IMG/VR virus record: IMGVR_UViG_3300020470_000140
Span: 1-29,913 of that record
Reading direction: 5' to 3' (one strand)
Source: a virus
Taxonomy: Duplodnaviria; Caudoviricetes
DNA length: 29,913 bases
Shown here: piece after piece, positions 15,227-24,981 of the stretch
Numbering within the stretch: position 1 is the first letter of the stretch
How the letters are laid out: each line of letters opens with the position of its first letter
Notes under the pieces: generated by a model
Database searches by the model: none
The model's input: only the letters and a program-made list of their open reading frames with translations
What the model was told of the DNA's origin: nothing
Translations under genes and position numbers: made by a program

Positions 15227-16298
15227 GTGATTCGATGTCAACCTCATTGTCTATCTTATCATACAATTCAAGGAATGACTGCTTTGTTTCGTCATCGAAA
15301 CGATTCAAGCATACCTTAATCGCCTTCACTCTATCAGAGAATATAGCATAGGCACGTATGATATGCACTAATCTACGTGTTGAGATAACTTCATCGGTGC
15401 CACCATCATTAAAGGTCTTACGGATGATCTCTGCCCATGTAGTGAGGTTAGCAATGTACTTATCATCGCAGCAGTCTAACTCTTTACAATAGTTATTGAG
15501 CATTCTGATCTCTGTCTTAGCAGAAGGATACTCTTGCTCTAATGTAATGGGGAATCTCTCTAGGAATGCTTCATTTAATACATTTGTACCTATGAATCGT
15601 CCGTCCTCGGATCCTTTACCCTTAGTGTTAGCAGTTGCTACAACTGTAAATCCTTCAGCAGGTCTGACATAACGTCCTACCTTCTTTAGGAACACACCGT
15701 TGCCCTCAAGGATGGATTGTAAGCAGAGGATTTTATTAGAAGCAAGGTCAATTTCGTCGAGTAACAAGACTGATCCTCTCTCCAATGCTTCAATGACAGG
15801 TCCATTATGCCAAACTGTGTTCCCATCCACAAGCCTAAACCCACCAATAAGATCGTCTTCATCAGTCTCCACAGTAATGTTTACACGGATAAGATCCCTC
15901 TTTGCCTGAGCACAGGCTTGCTCTACACCAAAGGTCTTACCGTTACCAGACAGACCAGTGATGAAGATGGGATAGAATACCTTAGATGCTAGGACTTTCT
16001 TAAGGTCATTGAAGTTACCAAACGGTACGAAATGATTATCTTTCTCTGGTATCAAAGACTTAACCTCTGTTGCTACTAAGGAGACAGTCTTTTCTAGTTG
16101 CTCTTTCGCTTCTGCAACTGTAAGATCCCAGACTCCTCTCTTTACTTTGTATTTGTTGATGTATTTTGATACTGTTTGATATGCAAGACCGAAATGATCA
16201 CATGCATTAAGCAACTCAGGTGTCTTTACGTTTACTCCGAATTCTCCTATTAGGTAATCACGGATGTCCTCGGTAGTGACTTGTAATTTTACAGGCAT
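15204..16298 (-). CDS. cobS: CobS/MoxR-like AAA+ ATPase
   Basis: Walker A GLSGNGKT, Walker B LLLDEID, TANTKGKG, NEAFLERF, STRRL; start probably at MPVKLQ (16298). Confidence 0.9.
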   Translation of the reverse strand: MPVKLQVTTEDIRDYLIGEFGVNVKTPELLNACDHFGLAYQTVSKYINKYKVKRGVWDLTVAEAKEQLEKTVSLVATEVKSLIPEKDNHFVPFGNFNDLKKVLASKVFYPIFITGLSGNGKTFGVEQACAQAKRDLIRVNITVETDEDDLIGGFRLVDGNTVWHNGPVIEALERGSVLLLDEIDLASNKILCLQSILEGNGVFLKKVGRYVRPAEGFTVVATANTKGKGSEDGRFIGTNVLNEAFLERFPITLEQEYPSAKTEIRMLNNYCKELDCCDDKYIANLTTWAEIIRKTFNDGGTDEVISTRRLVHIIRAYAIFSDRVKAIKVCLNRFDDETKQSFLELYDKIDNEVDIESLDTVLAN

Positions 16299-16325
16299 TG
16301 ATGTTTCTTTGTTTGTATGCACTTA

Positions 16326-16862
16326 TTATAACTCTAATTCAAGGGGTTGTGTAGGTAACCATGACGGTTTCTTATCTGGCACACGATAGTTATCCAAAAC
16401 CCATGGCTTAGTGCTGAGGTACATCCTGTATGCAGTGATAGTATCAATGTCATCACGATACTTTAGAGCATCAGGCATTGCCCTAACAAATGGGGTGTGA
16501 TGCTCAGGGCATCCATTACCCATCTGAGATAGAGCAGCGAGTCTTATACTCCTCTCGCATGCATGTTTCTTACCATACCTAGACTCATACTCATTACACA
16601 ATGATATACCATGCTGGAATAACCACTGTAAATTATCATCAGACTCTGCTGCCCACTTGGTGCATGGGTGATTCCTGAATGCACCCTTCTCTACATTATA
16701 GACCTCATTATTTGCTTTAAATACTGGTCCTACATTCCAATGCCACTTAGAGAAGACCAGTGCAATGATCTGGGTCGTCTCTACTGGCATCTTAACAGTG
16801 TATTTATCTGGTAGTTGAAATGCTGCTAGTGCTGGCTCCTCATCTACTGCGAATATATTCAT
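16326..16862 (-). CDS. Pyrimidine-dimer DNA glycosylase-like (DenV-related) protein
   Basis: MNIF...DKYTVKMPVETTQ...NHPCTKW...EYESRYGKKH...AMPD...AYR.Y pattern. Confidence 0.65.
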   Translation of the reverse strand: MNIFAVDEEPALAAFQLPDKYTVKMPVETTQIIALVFSKWHWNVGPVFKANNEVYNVEKGAFRNHPCTKWAAESDDNLQWLFQHGISLCNEYESRYGKKHACERSIRLAALSQMGNGCPEHHTPFVRAMPDALKYRDDIDTITAYRMYLSTKPWVLDNYRVPDKKPSWLPTQPLELEL

Positions 16863-17317
16863 AGTAATCCAAAACTAACTGTGGCTCGTGGACTGTGGAC
16901 AACAGGGGCATGATATACCCCTTCTGGTATGAATATACTATCGCCAGGATCCAACACAAATAATTTCCCATCATCAAATCCATACTCCATTCTCCCTATC
17001 GCTTGTACAATTAAAACATCCTTGTCATCACAGTGTCTACCGTGACTACATGCATCTTTACAAAATGAAATGTACATGTCAACATCACAGTAATCATATT
17101 TAGACTCTAGATCAGGCTGTACTAACCTCACTAGATCACCAATACTACCAGGAAAATAATTATTATGACATACAACGCCAACTCTCGGATGAAACTCTGA
17201 TGGCGGTCCAGAAACTTGAAGATAGTGAGAACCCTCGGTGAACTCACTATCTAGTTTCTTTATGACATCATCCCAAGAAACATTAACTTTGTAATGATTT
17301 TTCTTGAATAATATCAT
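16859..17317 (-). CDS. JmjC/cupin-like oxygenase
   Basis: HCD..DVLIVQAIG...LDPGDSIFIPEGVYH...R..VSF. Confidence 0.8.
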   Translation of the reverse strand: MILFKKNHYKVNVSWDDVIKKLDSEFTEGSHYLQVSGPPSEFHPRVGVVCHNNYFPGSIGDLVRLVQPDLESKYDYCDVDMYISFCKDACSHGRHCDDKDVLIVQAIGRMEYGFDDGKLFVLDPGDSIFIPEGVYHAPVVHSPRATVSFGLL

Positions 17318-19485
17318 GCTATCTGTGCGATGAATGAAGATAATATCTTCTTGTTGTTTGCTTTATTCTTAAGAGACTTAGTAAATGCTCTCTTAATATC
17401 TGCCTTAGAGTCAGACTTAGGTTCAAACTCAGTGTCTACATTCAAATTCTTAGATGATAAAAAGTATATCTCTTGGAATCCTAGTATAGATGCACAGCAT
17501 GACTTGTTTTTAGTCCACTGATTCTTATAGATGTGCTGCTTCTCATAAGGAATCTCTTGACCAAGATATCTATAGAGATCACGAGGTGTACAGATTCTAA
17601 ACCCTAAGAAATTACACTGAGGAAATCTACCTTTAAGATATTGTAGGAGTTGCTTAGTAGTACCAGTGCCCCTCTGATCATAAGTGGGTGCATAAGTCCT
17701 ACCAGATCTTCTATCTCTAATGAATGTATTATATCTGATGGAAGATCTGTGTAATTGTTTCTTACCATTCCACTCAGTCTCTACCCACTGTGCAGAGTAT
17801 TGTGCTTCACCATCAGATAAGATAGATACATGCACTTTCTCAACCTTATTTCTTACTTGGAAGTTAGGAATAATAGTTTGAAGACAAGCAACTGCTTCAT
17901 TAAGAGGAGTGCCACCTAAACTTAAGTGATTAGGGATAGCATCAGGAGTTGGATTAGGATTAGTCCAGTCCCACTGTCTTCTCATCGATCCATAACGTGA
18001 CTCATACATGTATGTAACTCTCCATAAGTCACGTGCATACTTATCAAAGGTAGCACTGTTTAACTTATTGTTTAAGTAGTTTAATAAGAAGAAATGATCT
18101 GGGACATAGAATGAATCAACTCTTCCTTTCCAATCCTCTCTATTATGTTGCTCAGGGAAGTACTGTCCATCCTGCACGAATGCATAAACATCAAATGGAA
18201 TGTTTGATTTACGACAGAAGAAACATAATGAAAGCAATTGCTTGTATGTGTCATGAATATACTCTGCCATAGATCCAGACCAGTCTAGTAAGAAGATCAA
18301 TCCATGATTCTTACCATCCTTTCTTACTGTTACCTTCTTAAAGATGTCATCATTAAACTTATAGGTATGAAGTTTAGCAGTATCAAGGACACCAGTCTTT
18401 GCAATTTGCTCTCTAGCATATGCAGATGCTGCCTTCTTCATCTCAAACTCTTTAGAGAGATAGTTTACCTCACGTGAGCACTCTCTCTTAAACTTACGAT
18501 ACTCAGCATCAACATCAGTAAAGTCAATTGATCTATAGAAATCATTATTTGGATCAGTAAACTGAGCATTACCCCAATACTCATGAGATAGTTTGTTTAT
18601 AGTATGAGGATCAATTATATGATGCTTAAGGTCTACATTATCAACCTCAAGATACTTAGGACGATCTTGCTCTTGCTTACTTGCTTGGTCTGCTAAGTTT
18701 TGTGCTAGTGCTTTATCAGTCTTAGCATCTAGATCTCCTGCTTCTTCACCACCTAGTAACTCTTCAAGTAAATCTTCATTACTCTTACCCTCAGATTCAT
18801 CTTCGGCCTCTCCATTTTGCTCTGCCTTACCTTCTGAAGCTTCATCACCCACTTGAGAGTTTGATAAACTTTCACCAGGTGTGCCATCTATATTAATGTC
18901 TTCAGTCTGCTTTTTACCCTCTAGAGACGCTACCTTTTCCTCCTCTTTCTTTGCCTTTTCGTATGCATAAATTGCTTCAGCAGCAGTGATTGCCTCTTCA
19001 AACGTTTCTGTGGCACCTACAGCGTCTCTGAGTGCTGCCTCAGCGTCATTAAATGGTATCAATTGATATGATCCTACCTTATAATGTAGATTAATTCTGT
19101 CTATAAGGTTTAACTTAGCGATTTCTGTGTCTTGGATGTCAAAAAAGTCCTGATCATTGAGTTGTGAGTATCCTTTAAAGAAATCCTTAGCAAGACCTGG
19201 AAACTTTCTCTTCATTAGTTTCTCAATCCTTGCATCCTCTGTAATATTGATGTAAGACTTAGGTACTGGTAACTCTTTCCAGTCTTCGTTGGGTGTGAAG
19301 AGTGCGTGACCTACCTCATGACCCACTAGCATATTATATACGGTGCTAGACACATTCCAGATGGGTAGAACCAATACTCTGCGATCCACATCAAAGGATG
19401 CTGTCTCTACTACCCTATGCTCAACGATAAGGTTCTCAGTTGCTAGTAGTTTTGCTAAGTTTCCTTTGACTTCTTGATTCTGCAT
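17314..19485 (-). CDS. Metallopeptidase-like/vWA protein (CobT-like partner of the AAA ATPase)
   Basis: HEVGH (HExxH) and EDARIE; acidic linker; MIDAS motifs DWSGS, GGTPL and LSDGE. Confidence 0.88.
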   Translation of the reverse strand: MQNQEVKGNLAKLLATENLIVEHRVVETASFDVDRRVLVLPIWNVSSTVYNMLVGHEVGHALFTPNEDWKELPVPKSYINITEDARIEKLMKRKFPGLAKDFFKGYSQLNDQDFFDIQDTEIAKLNLIDRINLHYKVGSYQLIPFNDAEAALRDAVGATETFEEAITAAEAIYAYEKAKKEEEKVASLEGKKQTEDINIDGTPGESLSNSQVGDEASEGKAEQNGEAEDESEGKSNEDLLEELLGGEEAGDLDAKTDKALAQNLADQASKQEQDRPKYLEVDNVDLKHHIIDPHTINKLSHEYWGNAQFTDPNNDFYRSIDFTDVDAEYRKFKRECSREVNYLSKEFEMKKAASAYAREQIAKTGVLDTAKLHTYKFNDDIFKKVTVRKDGKNHGLIFLLDWSGSMAEYIHDTYKQLLSLCFFCRKSNIPFDVYAFVQDGQYFPEQHNREDWKGRVDSFYVPDHFFLLNYLNNKLNSATFDKYARDLWRVTYMYESRYGSMRRQWDWTNPNPTPDAIPNHLSLGGTPLNEAVACLQTIIPNFQVRNKVEKVHVSILSDGEAQYSAQWVETEWNGKKQLHRSSIRYNTFIRDRRSGRTYAPTYDQRGTGTTKQLLQYLKGRFPQCNFLGFRICTPRDLYRYLGQEIPYEKQHIYKNQWTKNKSCCASILGFQEIYFLSSKNLNVDTEFEPKSDSKADIKRAFTKSLKNKANNKKILSSFIAQIA

Positions 19486-19654
19486 GTGATCTCGTGTGTA
19501 TATGAACAGTATAAGACCCCCTTGGGTGCTTTGGGGGTCCGAGTAGACACTTCTTTAAGTGTCTTCGTCTTTCACGGGCGGACCTCAGTGCTTGAGGTTT
19601 CAACGTCCGTTTAGCATCCTTCTTACTATGATGCTGCCAGTTTGGAAAAATCAT
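19436..19654 (-). CDS. Small basic cyanophage hypothetical protein
   Basis: MIFPNWQHHSKKDAKRTLKPQALR; AAGGT SD before ATG 19654; overlaps the gp46 end. Confidence 0.6.
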   Translation of the reverse strand: MIFPNWQHHSKKDAKRTLKPQALRSARERRRHLKKCLLGPPKHPRGSYTVHIHTRSHAESRSQRKLSKTTSN

Positions 19655-21287
19655 TGACCTTATCGAAACGGAGGGTTTTCTCAAATTTATCAAGAAGTAG
19701 CTCTCCTTTGTGGGAAATGACAAATAAATTAACATTATCCCTCAATCCCTTCAGAATCTTCATCAATTCTTCAGTTGCTTGATCATCCAGAGAGGAATCA
19801 AACACCTCATCAAGGATAAGGAGGTTGGTTGCAGCAGAATTCTTGAGCTTAGCAACGTCTCTCCATGTAAAGAGCAGTGCTAGGTCAATCTTTTGCTTCT
19901 CACCCTCTGAAAAGGATGCATAGGAGAAGTCATCACGGAATCTACTCTTAATAACTTCATTAAACTCCTCATCAAGGGTAAAGTTGACGAAGAAGTCCAT
20001 TGATTGTAAGTATTTATTTATACTTTTGTTAATAATTGGTACAAATTTGCTAATGATCTTACTTTTTATCCCTGAATCCTTCAATAAGGTACCAACCACC
20101 TTCAAATTGTCATGCTCCTTATGTACCTCAGCACAATCATGTGAAATGGCCGAATGTTTCTCCTCATACTGCTCTAATATTACTCTCTCGTCATCAATGT
20201 TAGGTGTTTCTGCATTGACATCCTTCAACAACTGATTCATTTCCTTTTGAAGTGCCTTAATCTCATGATTATTAGCATTTATCTTGTCTGCATATGCTTT
20301 TAACTCTGTTATTTGTTGATGTCCTCGGTTAAGTGCGTCAGTAATGACAGCAACACCCTTATTAAACTTCTCCTGTCTCTCCTGTGCCTCATCAACTAGG
20401 ATATGTTTGTCATCTAGTGGTCTTGAACAAGTAGGACAGGTGTCATTCTCCCATAAAAACTTGATATCCTTCTCTGCCTTCTCTAAATTACCCTGAATCC
20501 TCACCCTCATGTCCTTCATCTCATCATACTCTTTCTGTATGTCCTTCATTCGACCTATCTTCTTACCATATTCCTCTGCTTCATCCTGACTTTCACGTAT
20601 TCTCTGGTCTACCTGACCCATTCTCCTCTTCATCTTATCCTTATGCTCATCACTCATCTTCTCCATGTTAGCAATGGTCTTCCGTTGGAGATCCATACTC
20701 CTCTCTGACATTGCTAACTCATGATCACAGTCCTTAAGGGTCTCTCTCGCATCCTTCATACGATCCTTAAGGATGTTATTCATTCTTGAGAAGATCTGGA
20801 TATCGAGTAGATCTTCAATAACTTCTCTCCTGACAGGAGCGTTGAGTTGCATGAAGGGGACAAATGTGGATGAACCAAGGATGACAACCTGTGTGAATGA
20901 TTTGTAGTTGAACTTGATAATTGATTGCTCAAGATATCGTTGGCTGTCTTTGGTTGCAGCATCTTGGTCAAGTAGTTTATCGTTTCTATAAATTTCAAAT
21001 ACATTTGGTTTAATCCCCCTAATAACTTTGTAATTTACTCCACCTATCCTGAATTCTATCTCTACTACAGTCTCCCTTTCATTTATACTATTAATTAACT
21101 GACCCTTACTGATCTTTCTAAATGGTTTGTTGAACAAAACAAAGCACAGAGCATCTAACATAGTAGATTTCCCTGCACCATTAGGTCCTATGACCAGATG
21201 TGATGAAGAATCAGTAATATTCACCTCTGTGAAAGAGTTTCCTGTAGATAGAAAATTCTTCCAACGAATCTTCTCAAATATAATCAT
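19626..21287 (-). CDS. gp46: Recombination endonuclease ATPase subunit (SbcC/Rad50-like)
   Basis: KNFLSTGN, GPNGAGKST, CPTC zinc hook, FSEGEK, LILDEVFD, VISH. Confidence 0.97.
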   Translation of the reverse strand: MIIFEKIRWKNFLSTGNSFTEVNITDSSSHLVIGPNGAGKSTMLDALCFVLFNKPFRKISKGQLINSINERETVVEIEFRIGGVNYKVIRGIKPNVFEIYRNDKLLDQDAATKDSQRYLEQSIIKFNYKSFTQVVILGSSTFVPFMQLNAPVRREVIEDLLDIQIFSRMNNILKDRMKDARETLKDCDHELAMSERSMDLQRKTIANMEKMSDEHKDKMKRRMGQVDQRIRESQDEAEEYGKKIGRMKDIQKEYDEMKDMRVRIQGNLEKAEKDIKFLWENDTCPTCSRPLDDKHILVDEAQERQEKFNKGVAVITDALNRGHQQITELKAYADKINANNHEIKALQKEMNQLLKDVNAETPNIDDERVILEQYEEKHSAISHDCAEVHKEHDNLKVVGTLLKDSGIKSKIISKFVPIINKSINKYLQSMDFFVNFTLDEEFNEVIKSRFRDDFSYASFSEGEKQKIDLALLFTWRDVAKLKNSAATNLLILDEVFDSSLDDQATEELMKILKGLRDNVNLFVISHKGELLLDKFEKTLRFDKVNDFSKLAAS

Positions 21288-21548
21288 TCAATCTTGGGGC
21301 GGTGGTATAACAAAGTCATCAGGACTGATGAAACTGAAGGCATATCCATGCATCGTGCAGTTTTCTTTAACTTGTTCCTCTTCTATCTCTTGTACAGATA
21401 GTTTCCTCGGATAGTTATCTGCTCTCAGCATTTGATAATAACGTACAGCATCATCCTTGTCAAGAAATATCTGGACTACACGCTCGGTGTGGTTATCATC
21501 CCTTACAGCATACACACCACCAGTCTTTTTGTCTAGTAGCACAAACAT
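21288..21548 (-). CDS. Conserved hypothetical protein (DUF3110-like)
   Basis: F.DKDDAVRY..ML and IPP C-terminus; typical position between gp47 and gp46. Confidence 0.75.
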   Translation of the reverse strand: MFVLLDKKTGGVYAVRDDNHTERVVQIFLDKDDAVRYYQMLRADNYPRKLSVQEIEEEQVKENCTMHGYAFSFISPDDFVIPPPQD

Positions 21549-22573
21549 CAGACCTCTACAGCCTCCATGTATAGTGATTTTAGTATCTTAAATATACCTT
21601 CTTTGTTTTCAAAGTCAGATACACACTGCTCTAGTATAGTCAATGTGTCCTCAACTTCAATATCATCATCAATTTCATCCAATTCATATGACATATCCTC
21701 AATGATCTTAAGGTCTGCTAAGTCAGCAGCTTGTAGTCTACGGACTACACTATCAAACTTAACCTGATCATTCTTCTCCTCTACTATAACCTTTACATAC
21801 ATTCCGTCAAGGTCTTTAATCTCTTTTGGTGATAGATTTATCTTGTCGTTGTAATATATTTTATGAAAAGTCTTGAAAGGATTCTCATGAAATTCTAACT
21901 CACCATTATTTAGAATGTGAAACCCTCTTTTTGATCCATAATCATTCCAGTATAACTGACAAGGGTTACCTAGGTAACTAATATTTGCCTTCGTACTTTT
22001 AAAATGATAGTGACCTGAGCACACCATCTTAAACTTCTTTAAAAGGTTTGGGTCATCACCATGATCCATAGTATAACCAGGTATCGGATCGAAACCATTC
22101 AATTCAAAATGACCCATACAATACTTAGCATCGGTATCCCTGATTGCTTCCATACATGCTGTACGGTTTTCATCACAGATCCAAGGGATAAGCATCATCT
22201 TAGTGCCACCTATAAGGCGTTCACCTGGACAATAAATGATCTCAATATTATCAAACTCCCCAAGAAGAAGCTCAGGGCTATTAACACGGAGAGTATTTTT
22301 GAAATAGATGTCATGGTTTCCTAGCAACATTGTCATTTTAATTCCTCTGTCAGCAAGGGGTCTAAACCACATCTCTTTTGCTGCTTCTAGGGAGGAGAAA
22401 TTAACTCCCTTTCTTCTATCAAATGTATCACCTAGACATAATACTTCTGTGATACCTTCTTCATCAATCTTAGGTAGAACTGTCTCTGTATAAAATCTAC
22501 GGTACCTATCAACATAATGCTGATTATCATTCCTCACTCCGAAATGCTGATCAGTAATTAAAAGTACTTTCAT
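21548..22573 (-). CDS. gp47: Recombination endonuclease nuclease subunit (SbcD/Mre11-like)
   Basis: TDQHFG, GDTFD, GNHD, GHFE and SGHYH metallophosphoesterase motifs. Confidence 0.97.
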   Translation of the reverse strand: MKVLLITDQHFGVRNDNQHYVDRYRRFYTETVLPKIDEEGITEVLCLGDTFDRRKGVNFSSLEAAKEMWFRPLADRGIKMTMLLGNHDIYFKNTLRVNSPELLLGEFDNIEIIYCPGERLIGGTKMMLIPWICDENRTACMEAIRDTDAKYCMGHFELNGFDPIPGYTMDHGDDPNLLKKFKMVCSGHYHFKSTKANISYLGNPCQLYWNDYGSKRGFHILNNGELEFHENPFKTFHKIYYNDKINLSPKEIKDLDGMYVKVIVEEKNDQVKFDSVVRRLQAADLADLKIIEDMSYELDEIDDDIEVEDTLTILEQCVSDFENKEGIFKILKSLYMEAVEV

Positions 22574-23166
22574 ACAAGTTGTCCGTTAAAATTTATACTA
22601 ATTGCTTGCCTTCTACTAGTTGCAAACTCTGTGCGATGCCGTATCCATCCAGGAAATAGAAGGAAGTCTCCTGTCCTAGTTGGCAAGGTCTCAGATATGA
22701 TAGCATCACCGTGGTCTTCTTGCAAGGGAGTCAACCTACGAATGTAATCCAATGGATCACAGATTTGAATATCACCACCCTCACCCTTCTCCAAATAGTA
22801 TACAGATGCTATATGACATCCAAACTTACCATTACAATGGGAATGCTCACCAGTGTTATCACCTTCCTGATGTATGTTAGACCATGCAGCAGTAGGTTCT
22901 ACTTGAGCAGGTGCAAACTTAAGATGTTGATCCCAATACTCACACACAGCTCCCATCATATCCTCTATAAGTCCAGCAACCAGAGGTTCAGTAATATGAA
23001 TATCCAAACCGTTCTCTCCCGTAGAATATCCCGACTCAGATGACCATACACCTCTCTTACATTTCTTATATCTCTCCTCTAATACTTCTACAAGACCTTC
23101 AGGAGGATCTATATGTCCCTGCCAAACAGGTATAGAAAATAGATTATGTAATTTTCGGTTCATCAA
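22570..23166 (-). CDS. Putative 2OG-Fe(II) oxygenase (HxH type)
   Basis: WSN...EHSH...ASVYY...GDFLLFPGWIRH...RQAISINF. Confidence 0.85.
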   Translation of the reverse strand: MMNRKLHNLFSIPVWQGHIDPPEGLVEVLEERYKKCKRGVWSSESGYSTGENGLDIHITEPLVAGLIEDMMGAVCEYWDQHLKFAPAQVEPTAAWSNIHQEGDNTGEHSHCNGKFGCHIASVYYLEKGEGGDIQICDPLDYIRRLTPLQEDHGDAIISETLPTRTGDFLLFPGWIRHRTEFATSRRQAISINFNGQLV

Positions 23167-23833
23167 ATAGCACCTCGTTCATGTACATGTCTGCAAACTC
23201 CTTGTCAAACCATTTCTCTAATATACCACGTGTCTTATCATTCTTCTTCTGCTGCTTACAATACCATATCTGATCATCAAGTCTCTTCATCACATCAACC
23301 CAGAAGGTATCCTTCTTAGCATCTAATACTGCCTCACGGAATGCTCCAAGGTAATGGAGAATAATACAATAGAAGTTTGCTATATCTATCTCCTCACTCA
23401 GTCTTGTAAACTTACAGTAAGGTGAGAAGATTTCATCACCCCACAATGGTAGTGGTCTTCTACCCTTGAAATGATATTCATTACTCAATTCTCTTATCTT
23501 AGTATAGAATTCATCTGGCACTCCATGCACAGGAGATACATCAACGATAGCAGCAGTCACTGTCTTCTCAGTAGCAACAATATCACACCCAAATATAGGT
23601 AGTTTGTAATGAGGATCAGGGAATAAGACACAGTGTAGTATCTTCATGTCATTAATCTCTGCCAACTCAAGGTGCATCTTCCTTAAGACAGGTGATTTAT
23701 ACATGGTATTCTTGATGATCAACCCTTCCTTCTTCACTTCCTTTAAAGGACTCTCTATCTTCTCCACGCCAGGTAGATCCTGCATAGTAAAAGACAGAAG
23801 CATTGCTACATCTTGTGCAAAATCTCTATGCAT
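23144..23833 (-). CDS. pcyA: Phycocyanobilin:ferredoxin oxidoreductase
   Basis: RKMHLELA, ILHCVLFP, LPIFGCDIV, LPLWGDEIFSP and QKKNDKTR motifs, including the catalytic Glu/His/Asp. Confidence 0.9.
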   Translation of the reverse strand: MHRDFAQDVAMLLSFTMQDLPGVEKIESPLKEVKKEGLIIKNTMYKSPVLRKMHLELAEINDMKILHCVLFPDPHYKLPIFGCDIVATEKTVTAAIVDVSPVHGVPDEFYTKIRELSNEYHFKGRRPLPLWGDEIFSPYCKFTRLSEEIDIANFYCIILHYLGAFREAVLDAKKDTFWVDVMKRLDDQIWYCKQQKKNDKTRGILEKWFDKEFADMYMNEVLFDEPKIT

Positions 23834-24455
23834 AACTAAAAAAGAATTCTTTAATCAATTTGTCAGACTCTTCCTTACCGAAAGCAGCCCCTAGATACCC
23901 TGAAATAGGGTCTAACCTTATCATATAACTATCAAAATCTCTATACAGACTGGTGTCAGTGCCAGTAGGTTTTGCTTCTTCTATCATCTCCTTGTATAGA
24001 GACAGATAGTATCTAAACGTTGGTAGATATACATCAACACTATCTGCATCACAGTATCTTACAAATATATTCTCAGAGAAATGATTACCTGGCTCAAAGA
24101 AACGATAGGTACCTTCTGCTTTAGGTAATGGTGGCACCTTTAATAGGAAATTCTCTACTGGATGCTGGAAATCAAATACTATTATAACTTTCTTCTGACT
24201 GAATCCCATCAGATCCATACCAAAACAGGGGACATTAGCACCAGTCTTAGGATAGATGATATTATTGTGTATATTAAGCTTCTTTCCGTCCCATATATCA
24301 ACGTGCCTAGACTTAATAAAATACTGACCTGAGTATAGGTCAGCAGTTAACTTAGTGCCTTTCTTATTTTCCCAAGTTGCATGGTTAGATTCAAAAACCA
24401 AGTCAGGGAACATGTCAAAGACTGCTGATCTATAACCAGCCCACAGATCTTTCAT
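23826..24455 (-). CDS. pebS: Phycoerythrobilin synthase
   Basis: IYPKTG..PCFGMDLM.FS.KKVIIVFDFQHP, YRFFE.GNHFS, FD.YM..LDP motifs of phage PebS. Confidence 0.92.
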   Translation of the reverse strand: MKDLWAGYRSAVFDMFPDLVFESNHATWENKKGTKLTADLYSGQYFIKSRHVDIWDGKKLNIHNNIIYPKTGANVPCFGMDLMGFSQKKVIIVFDFQHPVENFLLKVPPLPKAEGTYRFFEPGNHFSENIFVRYCDADSVDVYLPTFRYYLSLYKEMIEEAKPTGTDTSLYRDFDSYMIRLDPISGYLGAAFGKEESDKLIKEFFFSYA

Positions 24456-24931
24456 TATCCCCTCATATTAGTTTCAATACGACCCTTGATGCTATTCATC
24501 TCAGAGTGGTCATCATTATTATCTGAGTGGAAGACTTGCTCATACCCACTCTTCTCTATTAATTTGTCTCTTATATCCATCTGACGCTTCTCTTTAGCAA
24601 TACGTCTGAGGAATGCGTAATAAATTATCTGTGTGAAATATGCAAAAGGATTCTTGGACTTAGCAGGATCAAAGTTATCAATATACTGGACACAATTCTC
24701 TACACCATCAGAGATCATGTCTTCTTTATACATGTAGTTAATAAAGTTTGGTCTATATGATAGGTGTGTTGCTATCTTTAGAAAACATTCTGCTAGGTAA
24801 TGTGTTATTCTCGGTTTCTCTTTGTCTAAAGCCCGTGCGTCATCGACAGCCTGGCGATACTTAGTTATCTCTTCCAGAAACTTTTTGTTATCTACATAAT
24901 GTTGTTTTTGTTTACGTGCCACGGCTGCCAT
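24455..24931 (-). CDS. gp55: Late-transcription sigma factor
   Basis: HYVDNKKF, NFINYMYKEDMISDG.ENC, NPFAYFTQI...AFLRRI.KEK. Confidence 0.96.
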   Translation of the reverse strand: MAAVARKQKQHYVDNKKFLEEITKYRQAVDDARALDKEKPRITHYLAECFLKIATHLSYRPNFINYMYKEDMISDGVENCVQYIDNFDPAKSKNPFAYFTQIIYYAFLRRIAKEKRQMDIRDKLIEKSGYEQVFHSDNNDDHSEMNSIKGRIETNMRG

Positions 24932-24952
24932 ATGATTATCCCACCTGAATAC

Positions 24953-24981
24953 ATTATATAAGAAGTTTTACTTATTGTCAA
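24953..24981 (-). promoter_or_regulatory. Consensus sigma70 promoter for the gp55 operon
   Basis: TTGACA-17 nt-TATAAT, 21 nt upstream of the gp55 ATG. Confidence 0.85.

Noticed and set aside
15204-16322. Cobalamin-biosynthesis auxiliary gene interpretation of cobS
   Set aside because: No other cob genes are present; the AAA+/vWA pairing is better explained as a MoxR-type chaperone system
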